From Felis catus (taxonomy: Eukaryota), in the NCBI RefSeq assembly GCF_018350175.1, contig NC_058368.1, forward strand, positions 214,150,001 through 214,214,000: 64,000 nt of DNA, read 5' to 3'. Of this stretch, positions 27,801 through 41,316 are shown piece by piece (the stretch's first letter is position 1; every line of letters begins with the position of its first letter). Under the pieces are notes generated by a model that was not told where the DNA came from, did not search any database, and was given only the letters and a program-made list of their open reading frames with translations. The position numbers and the translations under genes were made by a program.

Positions 27801-29056
27801 AGTCTTATTGTACTCGTGTCTAAGTCCTCAGAAGAAAACACTTTCATGTTAAGCTCAACTGAATGTACTCTTTTGGAAAAAAAAATTAATTAAAAAACTT
27901 TCTGTAATATTATCCCAGGCAAAATAAAAATGTGTAAGCTTTGATATGTATGACAAAAAGAAAATAAGGGACTTAACATACTTATATCTAATTTTTTCTG
28001 TTTTATTTATGTACAGGGCTAACTTTTATATCCATATCAATCACTTTTACAAGATGGCGGGATTACATTCTCAGAGTAAGGAAAACTGGTTTTAAAGAAT
28101 ATTCACTTGGTGTCAGAGTTTGGTCAATGTATATCATTGTTATGTATGTATATCAATGTATATCATATGTTAGAAGCTATGTATTTCATTATGAAACACA
28201 TAGAAACTGTGTACTTCAACTATTAAAACATCTCTAAATGTTTTGGATATTCTATTCAAAAAAAAAGTTGTAGTGGCTATTTCTATCCCCCCAAAAATGT
28301 TATTTGGGTCATTTAAAGATTATTTCTCCTGTAAGGACTTTACAGGAAATCTGATTTGGGAAGTCTTTCCTATTCCTAAAAATACAACGAGAAAGGTATT
28401 TCATAGTTTTATTGAAAATGTTAATAGGTAAAAAGAAAGACACAGTAACATATACTGAGAGCTTACATTTTGAGAGCAAGCATCCCTGATGGTTTTGCAT
28501 ATAGTTTCTTATATAATCCACACAACAGATCTAGTAGTTTCTGTCCCTATTTTTACATGTGAAAAAAATGAAGTTAAAGGAACTTGGGGAAATATTTGTC
28601 CCAAATACTCAAGCTAGTAATGGCCACACTGGAAATTTAACTGTTTATTGTTTAATCCTCTACAACTCAAGCTTTTCCTACTACATTATACTGCTTTTCC
28701 TTAACAACCCTCCCCCAAACATTTCAAAAATATTCCTGTTGACTAACATGCCTGAATCTGTTAACTTATACTTTTCATAAGAGATATTGCATTCATTCTG
28801 TTTTACAGATGAAAAAATGAGGACTAAAAGAAATCGAGTGCAAGGTGGTACACAGTTATCAAGTTCTGTTACTATACTAGACTGAGTTTTCTGATTTCCT
28901 CCAATTCTTTCCATGAGTCCTCAATCTTTGATGACAGCCTTCTTTCAAGTGTGTGTAATAAAATGTTTGATAAAGGTCAATAAAATATATTCAAAATATA
29001 TTTAAAAAGTTACAGTATTAATCAGTGAAATGAATTTTCTAAAAAACTTGAGGACT

Positions 29057-29295
29057 GGGGCTCCTGGGTGGCTCAGTCAGTTAAGTGTCCGACTACGGCT
29101 CAGGTCATGATCTCATGGCTCATGAGTTGGAGTGACCCGTTGGGCTCTGTGCTGACAGCTCAGAGCCTGGAGCCTGCTTGGGATTCTGTGTCTCCCTCTC
29201 TCTGCCCCTCCCCCGCTCATGCTCTGACTCTCTCTCACTCTCTCCCTCTCTTTCTCTCTCCCTCTCAAAAATAAATAAACATTAAAAAAATCTTT
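29057..29295 (+). mobile_element. Can-SINE (SINEC_Fc type)
   Basis: Typical body. TSD aaaaaactkgaggact. Confidence 0.95.
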
Positions 29296-29989
29296 AAAAA
29301 ACTGGAGGACTATTCTCACTTAATTCTAAGATTCTACCACTTGGAGCTGTTATACCTTAATTCTTTCAGAATAGAATTAAAGTTGATTTCAGATATTCTG
29401 AAACGTATGTGGTCTGAGTGCAAGACCAATAATAGGGTTCTGACTTTACTTTTCACAATCAACACTATTGGTATGTAAGGAAGAGAACTATTGATTCAAT
29501 CCATCCAGTTAGAAGTGTTTACTTTCTAAAGAGTTCTGGCAGTGAGCTGGAGTGCTTGACTAGTGAGTGAAGAGTGGCTGGGGACAAACTGAATTGTTGC
29601 CATTGACAAAGCGCTTCGTCAAAGCACACCAGGCTGTGCTTGCGTAATGAACAACGAAGACACCTAGTAAATTGAATTTTGTTGAAGAGATTCAATTTGC
29701 ATGACGAACTACGTGGTTTTCATTTAAATGTCCCCCCTCCCCACCAACCATGCACACCTTACGTGCAGGATACGGTGAGATAGGCAAAGCAGCATAAGAT
29801 CTTAGCAAAAGACTAAAGGAAAGAAAAAAATCTTGAAGATTTTAAGGATGATGTCCCAGGGAAAAAGATCCCTTCAGTTCTTAAACTGGATGAAACATGT
29901 TGCTCCCTTGAGTCCTTACGCATACTACCCCCTCTTCCTGGTATCCTCTCTCCATCTTCATCTGCCCACCCTATTTTCTCTTGGCATCC

Positions 29990-30336
29990 CTTCTCTTCGT
30001 CCTTCAGGCTGGGTAATGAAATATCAAAGGGACTTTCAAAGACAACTTTCATGACTTGCCCATCAGAGTGTATGTTCCCCAGTTATGCTCTATCTTCCCA
30101 TCCAAGTCTGTCTCCTTCATAGCACATATTATAGTTCTTAAATAACATGTGTATTTTTGGATTATTTATTTGCTTACACTTTCTTCCTTCCTTTCTCTAT
30201 CACAGTGTAAGTTTCTTAAGGTCAGGGACTATGTCTATTTTATTCACCAATGTATACTTGTCACCTAGCTCCATACCTGGTGCTTAGTAATGCTTTATAA
30301 TTAAATGAATGAACAGATGAATAGTAGATGAATGAA
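29990..30336 (+). mobile_element. L2 3'-end fragment
   Basis: gtaagtttcttaaggtcagggactatgtc...cctggtgcttagtaatgc...aaatgaatgaa. Confidence 0.7.
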
Positions 30337-31004
30337 TAGAGAATTTGGCCACTCTCGCATTAGTCAACTGCATTAACTACAAAATATGAGATCCAAGGAG
30401 TGTAGTGGAGTATGTTTATAAAGTTAAAATATTCTAAACACTTTTAAAATGATTTAGCATATCTGTTGGAGTTGGTCCTGCTTCCTGAGTTCTCATGTTA
30501 GGAAAAAATCAGTATTTGCTTTGATTTTGTCAATATAGGCAATACTATTTCATTAATTCAAAAAAGAAAAAAAAGAAACTAGTTAGTAGTTTCAACCTTT
30601 GGTACTAGGTGCACACTCTGACAAGACCCTTTTGTTCTTCAATAGGGATGGTTTGCCATAAGAAATATAAAGAACCGTTTTTAATTGTGGAAGTTTACAA
30701 AGGAAGAATAATGTTGCCTTGACTTAATTAAATTTATTAGGCTAAACTATGCCAAAAAAGAGAGAGAGATTTAGGAGAATTTTGGCATATATTTGAGTTT
30801 TCCCATTTAAGATTTAAGCATTGCAATTATGTGTGGAAATTAACAGAGGAACTACAACTTTTTCATGAGATATTTAAGTAGCTTTCTACTTCATGATGTG
30901 GACTCTAGATGCAGAATGACCTCCTGAACTAAAAGATCCCGATGCTTGATGTACAGTGCCTAGAAAACAATTTGAACTCTAGCAAACATGCTTTCTTTAT
31001 TAAT

Positions 31005-32410
31005 TTGTTCACTCATTTACTCAATAAATACTTACTGTGTCCCAGGCATTGTTCTAGGTGCTGGCGACCCAACAGGGAACAAGATATAACAGGTGTTTTG
31101 CTTCATGGAACTTAGAATCAGTCGGGGGGAAATAGACACTACACAAGCAAACAAGTGCATAAGGATTATTTCAGGTTGAGTTCCAACAAGGAAATAAAAC
31201 AAGGTGATAAAATGGAATATCTCAGAGATCTACTTTAAGCTGAGATACGAATGATATGAAGGAGGCAGTTATGTGTTGAGTCTGGGAAGGGAGTTCCAGA
31301 GACAGAATAGCAAGAACAAAGGTGTTCTAGTGAGAAAGGGTGCTCTAGTATTATAGGTGTTGAAGGTGTTATAATGAGAAAAAATTTGGTGTTTGGTGTA
31401 TTAGTCAGGATTCTCCAGAAGAAAAGAGCCAACAGGATCTCTCTCTCTCTCTCTTTCTGTTATCTATCTATCTATCAATCATCTATCTATGTATCTATCA
31501 ATCATCATCTCTAGATTGATTTATTGATTTTAAGGACTTGGATCATGCAATTGTGGGGGACTAGTGAATCCAAAATCGGATGGGGTATGGCTGGCAGGCT
31601 GGAGACTCTGGAAATAGTTGCAGTTCATGTCCAAAGGTCATCTGCTGGGAGCAGGTTTATATATTTATATATATATATTTATATATATTTATATATATTT
31701 AATATATTAAATAAATATATAATATATATTTATAATATATAAATATTTATATTAAATAAACAATTATTTATTATAATAAAATAATATTATTTTATTAGTA
31801 AAAATATTAATTTTTGCTCTCTTAAGGCCTTCGGTTGATTGGATGAGGCCCACTCACCTGGTGGAAGTAATCTGCTTTACTCAAAGTCCACCAATTTAAA
31901 AGTTAAGCTCATCTAAACAACAGTTTCGTACAACATCCGAGTAATATTTGGCTCAGCCAAGTTGACACATAAAATTAACCATCACATTTGGGAAAGAAAA
32001 AGAAGTTAAATGTGACTGAAGTATGGTGCAAGAAAAGGGGTGATAGAAAATGAGGGCAGATAAGAAAACAAAAAGAAAACGAGGGCAGGTAAGTGCAGTG
32101 GGAACCACTGGGGGTTTTGAAGCATGAATAAAATGTTCTGGTTTACATTTTACAGACTCTTTCTTTACGGAGAGCCTGATTTCACAGAAGCAGAAGAGAG
32201 GATTCAGCTAGACAAGTTTGGTGGTTCTTGTGGTAGTTTGGGCAAAAGGAAATGGTGGTTTGGATTTGGGTCTGATAGTGGAGAGAGAGGAAAGGAGAAG
32301 GATTCTGGGTATATCTGGGACACAGATATGACTGAACTCTGATAGACTGAATGTGGGGCTAATGTAAAGGGGCCCTGTGCTTACTCCTGGGACTTAAGTA
32401 AGATGGGGAA
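31005..32410 (-). mobile_element. L2 fragment split by the MLT2 LTR
   Basis: ttcactcatttactcaataaatacttactgtgtcccaggc... continues after 31991 (gggaaccactgggggttttgaagc...). Confidence 0.7.
31397..31986 (-). mobile_element. MLT2 (ERVL) solo LTR inserted into an L2
   Basis: TGTATTAGTCAGGATTCTCCAGA...AAAATTAACCATCACA with 5-bp TSD TTTGG on both sides and internal (TATC)n and AT-rich expansions. Confidence 0.9.
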
Positions 32411-33468
32411 GAATGGGAAGCACATGCTTAGGGATTTTCTAGCAAATAAAAGGTAGTGGGTATAATGTCTTTAAAACAAACAAACAAAAAACCCACTTCT
32501 GTGTCTTCTCATATCTACAATTTATATCAGTAAAATAGGTTCTTTGTTAAATGGATGAAACTTCAGTACATTTGGAATTGCCTACCCATGTTTTTCTTTA
32601 ATTAACTATAAATCTTTAAGACATGTGAGATAAACCTCTTTCGCACATAGTTTTCTTTTAGCTGTAATTTCAAATGCAACAATTGGGTATTGTGTACCTT
32701 TTTTGTTGTTTTTTGTGGGTTTCTCTGCTTATAAAATCCTAATTGCATCATTGGATAATATATTACAATTAAACTTAAAATAGTAATGGTTACAAAAGAT
32801 ATTGCAGGTATATTTCAAGTTGGTATTTCCACAATTATAAATGCTCTGCAATTTCAAATGTATTATAATAATATTATTATTTTTAGTAATTCGGTTATGA
32901 AAATGAACTCAAAAGACTTTTATGGCAGTGGGAAAAACAAATGCCTTCTCTACTGATGCAAACACACTTCTAAATGCCTATTCCAGTATCATCTATACTT
33001 ACACTCAAATTATGTCTATATTTAAGCTAAACATATCTTAAAGTTTTTCTGCTCTCAAAAGCTGGTTTAAATTTTGGGGGAGTGATTAGATCTACCTAAA
33101 TAGCAGAACAGGAAACCATGTCCTAAATCCAGTTAATTGAAATATTAGCTAAATAGAAGCAAAGCTGGGCCTGGGATGTGGATTTCTCTACTTGCTGCCG
33201 GGAACTTGATACTGTAATCTGTATATATCCTGGCTGAGCTGAGCAATGTTCAACCTTCAAATCATTTACTCTTTACTGGTTACTTTCCTAACCCAAACAT
33301 TCAGCCCTTTGAGGTGAAGAAGGAGGTCTTATTGATCATAACATCCCAGTGTGTGGCATGTGTCTGGGCCAGGCATTTATTAAGGTGCTCAATGAACAGT
33401 CCTGAAAGAACTGATTCATTCAATTCATTTGAGAATATTCAGCTATTTATTTTGAAATACTGTAGACT

Positions 33469-33718
33469 CAGCTTTTCAAACTGTGGATTCTGACCCATTA
33501 GTCAGTCATGAAACCAATTTTAGTAAGTCTGATGAGAATTTAAAAATAATTAAGTGGAGTAGAATATAATAGAACAGACAGCTTTGCAAGCAGAAAGCTT
33601 CTCTTTTTTTGGTGAAACTCTTCTTTAAATTATAAAAATATATGAATATGTGCATTAGGTTGCATTATAAACTGCATTTCTCACAGTGGTTTGAAATAAA
33701 AACATTGAAAAATTGGTC
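33469..33718. mobile_element. hAT-Charlie-type MITE relic
   Basis: ttttcaaactgtgg...gacccattagt...gaaaccaattt...catttctcacagtgg...ttgaaaaa. Subfamily uncertain. Confidence 0.6.
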
Positions 33719-33906
33719 TAGGTTTTAAAGTTAAAATGACCATGTTTTTAAAAAAAGATCCAAATTTATGAAAATTGTGCCTAATAATGAGACAAAGAGG
33801 GACTACATGGAAAAACTGAGGCCTTACTAATTACCTACATTAACATAGAATTAATGGATCTCATCCCATTTACCAAGTATATAGTGTGCACTTATACACG
33901 CTCTTG

Positions 33907-34121
33907 GCTAGGTGTCTGCGTGGGTCAGTCAGTTAAGTGTCTGACTCTTGATTTCAGCTCAGGTCATGATTTCTTGGTTAGTGAGATGGAGCCCTGAGTC
34001 AGGCTCTGCCCTGACAGCGTGGAGCCTGCTTGGGACTCTCTCTCTCCCTCTCTCTCTCTGCCCCTTCCCCACACGTACACCCTCTCTCTTTCTCAAAACA
34101 AATATATAAACATTAAAAAAA
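33907..34121 (+). mobile_element. Can-SINE
   Basis: Diverged head, (CT)n tract and A-tail. Short TSD gctctt. Confidence 0.92.
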
Positions 34122-34497
34122 TGCTCTTCACTAAATACTGTGAGGAATATAAAAATACCTAATATAAGGTCCTTCTTCTCAAAGAGGGTGACACACCCAG
34201 TGGGAAGAGCTTTATGTCTCTAGCTACAGCCTTTCAATCAGGAAAAGATCCTCTTCTTCTTTGCAACTTATGGCCACCTATTTCCAAATTTCATAGCTCA
34301 AGATCTTAGTACTACAGTAAAAATAAATTATAAGTTAATTAGCATTTGTGGGCTAGTCCAGTAATCAAATTGCCATTTATTATTTAATTCTGATGGCCAA
34401 CTGACTTCCAAGTGAATTTTTGGTCTAAAACCTGTTCCTAAGTTGGATGTTGCTTCAACAATTTTTTTTTTTTTCGGTAGCAGGGCTTGCTATGCTC

Positions 34498-34816
34498 AAG
34501 AGGAGTTGGCAGACTTTTTCTCTAAAGGGCCAGATAGTAAAGATTTTAGGCTTTGTGGGCCATACACGGTCTCTACTGTAACTACTCAACTCTGACTATT
34601 GTAGTGTGAAAGCAGCCATAGTAATATGCAAATGATTTGTTCCAATAAAATTTTACTTATGGGCACTATAATTTGAATTTTATATATTTGTTATGAACTA
34701 CTATTCTATAGATTTGTTTTCAACCATTTAAAAATGTGAAAAACATTCTTAGCTTGCAGGCCATACAAAAACTGGCAGTGGCTGGATTTGAACTGAACTA
34801 CACATTGTCAACCCTG
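34498..34816 (+). mobile_element. MER58B (hAT-Charlie)
   Basis: gttggcagactttttctctaaagggccagatagtaaagattttaggctttgtgggccatac...gcaggccatacaaaaactggcagtggctggatttg. Confidence 0.88.
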
Positions 34817-34906
34817 TATTAGAGCAACAACATTTTTTTTTCCCAGGAGATTTACTGTAAGGGTTTTGTGTAACTGAATCAACAAAATAAAGCACTAGAA
34901 ACTGCC

Positions 34907-34918
34907 TTTTTTTTCTTT

Positions 34919-34958
<40 letters not shown>

Positions 34959-35053
34959 ATCCCAAGCAGGCTCTGCACTACAGTGCAGGGGCTGGAACTC
35001 ACAAACCATGAGATCAATGACCGGCTAAACCGACTGAGCCACCCAGGCACCCC
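34907..35053 (-). mobile_element. Can-SINE with internal deletions
   Basis: Shortened body. TSD agcactagaaact. Confidence 0.92.
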
Positions 35054-35469
35054 AGCACTAGAAACTTGTCTTAAGCCCAGAAATGGTCTCATTTATTTAA
35101 AAAAAACAAAAACGAAAAACCTAAAGTTTAAAAAAAAAGTCAGATGATATATTGTAACTTCTAAAAATGTACTGAATGTCTGCATAAATAAGTGATTTAA
35201 ATAATATAGTAGACTATCTGGTAGTCCTTATCAGGGAAAACTGGTTTTAGGTCATCTGTCTTCTGGTTCTCATGTGAAGCGTCTCCCTCCTCTATCAGAC
35301 TGGATGACCACGGTTTGATTTTATAAAGGTCGCTGAGTGATTTCTTTGTGTGGTGTGTGTATGTGTGTGTGAGACTTGGAGGATTCAGAAATCACATTTT
35401 TTTACTTGCATAGAATAATATTCAATAATAATAAAAATAATAATCAAATAATAATACTAATCAAAATGG

Positions 35470-35670
35470 CCAAGATTTATTGAGTACCTACTGTGAGCCA
35501 AGAATTGTGTGATGGTTTTATAATACTTCTCATTCAATCCTTACAATATAAAGAGGTAGGATATAGATGGAAAATGATAGTGATTGATTTAGTCAAGGTC
35601 ACATGGCTGGTGAGAATCCAGGTAAGATGCTGACTTGGTCACCACCCTGAATCTGCTTATATATGGCCAC
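35470..35670 (-). mobile_element. MIR
   Basis: atttattgagtacctactgtg...caaggtcacatggctggtga. Confidence 0.65.
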
Positions 35671-38299
35671 ACTCTTTAGGTTAGACATGAAACATTAAAT
35701 TAATCACTGTTTTGGAATGAGTAATATGTCTTCTGCACACCATATATAGAATTCTCAATTTACCTAACTTTATTAGAGTTATATTAGATTATGTCGTCAA
35801 AGCATTGATTTGCTCCAATCAGCATTATTTTACATGGTAGAACTGAATTGGCCCCAAGCTATTTAGTTTTACATTTTTCTATTACCTAAATATTGATGGT
35901 TCCCCCAAACCTATCATTTCACCACCTTCTTAAAGACATGTTTTTACTAACAAAATGTTTTACATGATTTCAGGGATCCAGTGTAGGAACTATACTGAAG
36001 CATGGGTTGAATGATGTTCACACCCACAGAAGTTTATTATAATTCAATAACTGTAGTATCTAATTCTATGAGATACTGTGTTTACAGGATTTAAAAATTC
36101 ATTATTTTCTGTAAAAAAGTAAAGTATTATATAAAGAAAGCATCACTAATTGGTGCTTACTAAAGAATTTTTCTTGTAATTATAGTTAAAATATATTAAA
36201 GTTAATCATATACATCATTCAAAAGAGTATTAAGAGAGAATTATAGTCAAAAGGAGTTTACAGGTCTCCTTTTAGCCAATGTATCCCAAATTGGGTAAGA
36301 TCTCTCCTTGGCAGTGGGACTATAATTTCAATTGTAGCAGCTAGATAAAAAACAGTTAAAGCTAATCATTCATGTGTGTGACTTGATTCATTTCTATTAG
36401 ATTTCATGAATGAGTTAATATGAACTGTAATGCTTTTTACATCAAAATTTCAAATTTTTGGAGCTAGACATTTTGAAGCTAGCAAGAGTAAAGTCATAGT
36501 ATAAAATCATTTCAAGTTGGCAGTTCATATGAGTTCCCAAAACTTCACTAGGACATGCTCACATCTTTCATTAATTTCAGGTCAAGATTTATCTGCAATC
36601 AGTAAATAAAGGCTTACAGAATATAGTTCCATTGCCAAATGCGTTAGCTTCAAATGTGATTTTCTTCCAGTGTGATTTCTTTTAGATACAACACAATTTC
36701 TTTCTGATCCTGAGCATATGGGCCTATGCTAATATGAAATGGTGTCTTAGAAAGGTTATTTTTGTTTTCTGCAGGGAGTAGTCATCCTTTGACCTATATT
36801 CAATACATGACACAGATCTGATTGTGTAACAACCATTAGCCTCATCCGAAATTCCCTAGTTGGAGGTCAGGGCTTAGGTCAGGGACCATTACTCTTGGGT
36901 GTCAGAGCTAAACTTAATTAATGCCTTTTAAAAATATATGGATGATATTTTGTTCCCCATAGGGTGTATGAAAATGGCCTGTGGAATTTATCCTGAAAAA
37001 CGTTAAAAACAAGAATGGTTTAGTTGTTTGACATGCCCCCATCACCTCTTTCTCAAATCATCAGCACTGCCCAGTGCATTTGGCTTTTTTCCATGACTCT
37101 TGTTCAGTTTTTTTTTTTTTTTTTTTGTTAAGGCACAGATTCCTTCTGTGCACCTTTCTGGTCCTCAAGGCACCCTCTGGTCAGCCATGGTCCTTTGAAG
37201 ATGGGCCCTACCCCCCTCGTGCTGTTCCAGAGCCCAGAAATGTTTAGCAATCATTTTCCAATGAGAATTGGCAGTTGTCTGCCGGGAAGGGATGTCATGT
37301 CAGCACGAGTGTCAGAGAACGAGAGAGGTTTCTGAGGGAGTAGCTGGCACATCAGTTAGGGCTGGGGAAAATGAAAGGTGCTAGGGCAGGCAAGAGGAAG
37401 AGGGCAAGGCGCTCTCCAGCAGATAGCTTTAAAAGTAATTTTTAACCAACATTCTTTAAGAGCCTTTTGGAAAGCAGATCCCCCTTTCCCAGAGGCATCT
37501 GCCAACTGACAGTACAACAGGAAAAGAGGAAACTACTTCCGAAAAGGCTTTAAAAAGAGACTTTTAGAGGCTGTTAAAAAGACATACAATCACATTCTGC
37601 GTAAGCCTGTTTAAGCAGCAGCTTACTGCTCAGGCTGGGCTTCTTTCACTTCACAGCCTGCTGTTTCCCTTTACCCCCCAACCCGCCACCCTCTCTCCAG
37701 AGCCCTTCACCCAAGAGCTAAGCAGCCCCTCTGTTTTCTGCCTAAGCTCCACACAGGGTGGGTACACCAACAGCTGTTCTCTTGTGTGTGGTCTGGAGAT
37801 GTGGTCTCAAATTTTACTCTTTCATTCTTGCAGTAAAATGTATACTGTCCCACCTCCTAATGTCTGAGACATGCACTGTTTGGGAGATTTCCCAATGGTA
37901 TATTGCAATCTTTGTTCTGTGCTTTCACTGTTTGCGATCTAGTGACCTTTCCTACCATCCATTGTCCAGCCAGTGAAGTAGCTTACACCTGTGGTTTTAG
38001 ATTTAAGGAAGATGCCTTCAAGTGTCCCCTACCAGTCCTGTTTGAGAATTTTCCTGGAGACATAAGGTTCTCAGTGAAGGTAACAGGAATTATGTTCATC
38101 ATTGTGTCTGCTGTAATTAGCATACAGTAAGCAAGCAGTCAATACTTGCTGAAAATATGAATGAATACATGAATGAGTGGATATGAATGAATATCGAAAG
38201 GATACAAGGTAGGAATAGCAAAGGGGGGGTTTCCAGGGGTGCCTAGTTGGGCTAGAAAAACAGCTTCAATCAACTGGTAGCATTGATTTTTAGAATTGT

Positions 38300-38815
38300 A
38301 ACTCATCTCCCTATTTTTCATATGCAGATACCATATTGGGAAATGTTTCCCAGAGAGCAGAATTTTGGGACAGCAAAGCCAGAAAGAAGGAGAATCAGTA
38401 CAAGAAAGTGTTATCAAGTTGGCTACCACTTCATGAAATCATCCTAGAAACCCTATGAAATGCATCTCAAGACCATCTCTCCTGGGGAAGAAAGGGAGAA
38501 ATACTTATCCACAGGTTCGCACCTCCCATTTGTTAAAGTTTCACCTCATTGGACAAATTGCCAGCACTTCTGGGTTGTACATGGTTTTAGCGTAAAACAG
38601 GTTCCTGTGGTGTCTCACTCTGTGCCATCAACATAGAAGCCCCAGAGTGGGAGGGAGGGGTGTGCATGGCACAGGACTGACACAAAGCACCGTCAGGTTG
38701 CACCTGCAAGAAGTGGGTCAGAACCTGTGAAGAACTGGTTGTCATGGCAGTGGCTGGAAGGAGAGACAGGCGAAGCTGAGGAGATCTGAGTGGCATCTGA
38801 TACAGTCTCCAACAC
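38300..38815. mobile_element. LTR16-like ERVL LTR relic
   Basis: gggagaaatacttatccacaggttcgcacctcccattt...cacttctgggttg resembles remembered LTR16 consensus. Confidence 0.55.
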
Positions 38816-39845
38816 TAAGATCCTGCATGGAGCCTCTCATTTTTAGGAAAAAAAAAATGTAAAATCACTTACGTTTGAATTCATTAAGTTGAAAACTACA
38901 ATTTTAAGTATTGTGTTTAGTAATGTAAATTGAATGTACTATTAGTGAAACCGTATCATTATAGAGTTAGAGAAATAGAGAATTTGACTCATCTGGCTCT
39001 CTTTGTGTCTTCGTCTGTTCTTAGTTTTGATCAATACATTTTCAGGAGACCTTAAAATTGGAAACCTGCCAGGAGGTACCTGTGATCTGATGTTTTCTGC
39101 ACTCGTGTTAGGGGAATGACTGCAAAGGAATTAGCCTGGGCTTGGTGCAGAGTTACCTGGACTATGTTTCTGGGAAGTCTAAAGTTGGCTATGGAGGTGT
39201 CCCAACTGATGAATTTAGGGAAGAACCAGAGCCTCAGAGCAAAAGCATGTCAGCTAAGTCGGTATGAACAAGTGGTGGAGTATGTACAATCTAGTCTTCC
39301 ATGGTCTACCATAGGGTACCTCAGACTTTTTGGTTGCATGTCAATGAAAGTAATACTGAAAAATCTGTGTATTTCTTCCATTAACAACTAAAATATTTTA
39401 CTCTAAGTTGTTAAAAATAATGCAATTGCTGGCCAATTGTAAATATTAACATTAAAACAAACTGAAATCACTTAAAAATATTTTTCAATGGAATCTTGAT
39501 ACAGTAACAATTCGATAGTCTCATTAAAAAATATGTAAGATCATTTTAATAGTCAGAAATTTTATACCATTCCTCTTTTGAACTCATTTCCATTTAACCT
39601 CCCCCACATATTTTAATGCAATGTCGTTTTTCATGCTGGAACGTCTTATATTGATCACATATGCTTTGCAAAAAGTATGTATATGAATTAAAAATGGAAA
39701 TTAATATTTTCTTCTGAAAGTCTAATAATTTTGTTCTGAACAGATTTAACTTCATCATTATGACACAAGTCAACTCGGCGAACTTTTGTGGTTATATAAT
39801 CATATTTCTACACATAAAAGTAACTTTGCATGAAAAAGGTTTATG

Positions 39846-39998
39846 CATATATATATATATATATACACACATATATATACATGTATACATATATACTGTA
39901 TATGTATGTATATACATATACATACACGTATACATATACATATATATACATAAGTCCCGATATATATATATATGGGATATATATATATATATATATAA
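39846..39998. repeat. Compound (TA)n/(TACA)n microsatellite
   Basis: Alternating purine-pyrimidine AT-rich run abutting the L1 5'UTR. It contains a duplicated TAAGTCCCGA. Confidence 0.9.
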
Positions 39999-41275
39999 GT
40001 CCCGAGCCCGCAAGCCTAAGGCCCGGCCGCCGCCAGCGCCAGGTGCAAACACTGCTGGGGATGAGCGTACAAGCTCCGGCGGGGGCTCGCGGCGCCCAGG
40101 CAGAGCGCGGAGCGAGCAAAGATGGCGCGCCCCGCCTCCGCTCCCTGACGGCGCGTCCTAGGCTCCCGGATGTGTGCCAGACTTTTGCCTGCCCCCAGGC
40201 CAAGCACATAGGACTTTTTCCACGCCAAAGTGGAGGTGTGCTTCACGCTGAGGTGTGTGCAGCGCCTAGCGACGCGGCCCGCTAAGAAGTCTCTCTCCCC
40301 GGTGTGGGACCCAGGAACGCAACCCCTCTGGCCACCAGGGTCAGCTGTGCGTAAAAGCTCCCTTCGCGGGCACGTTGGGGCTCTGGAGCCTGGCAGGAGG
40401 AAGGCGTGATGGTGGCGCCCACCGGGGAGCGCCGCAGAGGGAGCTCGGCCGCCAGTCACCGTCTGTGGAGGATTCCTCAGCCCCCACGTGTACGTGGGGG
40501 CCGAAGCCGGTCCTCCCGCTGCAGCTGCGGGATGAGCAGAGGGGCTTCTCCCGCACCGTCGCAGACCCCGCGCCCCTGCCCGCCTGCTTCCCCGCTGGAC
40601 CCTGGGGCTGGTGAGTCTGTGCGCCGGAGTCCTTCAAGGGGGGGTGGCTTCTCACGTTGGTTCAGCCTCGGGTCGGGGGCCCCGCCGACCTTCCACGCTG
40701 GATGGCCTGGGGCTCCTTTCTCAGATGCGGGGCTTCAGAGCGCGGAGGAGCCGCGTGGGGTTCACACCTCTTGCTCCACAGGGAGAGGCGCCGGGTTTTG
40801 AGTTCCCTCCTGACCGGTCGCCGGGCCTGCGCCGGGGACGGCCTTTACGCCAGGGTGTGCCGGGCCTCTCTTGCCCGCTCCCCGGGCGCCTGCTCCCCTA
40901 GGAGTCACGCAGCCGGTGTTTGAGTGTCTTCCACCGGAAGCTGTTCCGTTTGCAGCCTTAGATTGGGTGTATTTGTGGGAGGAGGCGGGCTTAGCACCCT
41001 CGTAGGCCGCCATCTTGCACTGGAACCTCCTTACCCCATTTTATTTGCGTGTGTTGCTGCGGCCCTTGCTTTTCGCTTTTCTCCAGTCGCCGCCGCCATC
41101 TTGAACTGGAACCTCCTTGCCCCATTTTATTTGAGGTTTTTGGTAGCGGAGCTGGTGTGTGTGTATTCTCACGTGAGCACCGTGTGTTGCTCAGGCCTTA
41201 CTTTTCTCCATCTTGCCATCCTGCACTGGAACCTCTTTACCCCATTTTACTTGCGGCGTTTTTGGTAGTGGAACT

Positions 41276-41316
<41 letters not shown>

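Noticed and set aside
28050..28060. Isolated YY1 motif CAAGATGGCGG
   Set aside because: Single short motif in an AT-rich context with no supporting features.
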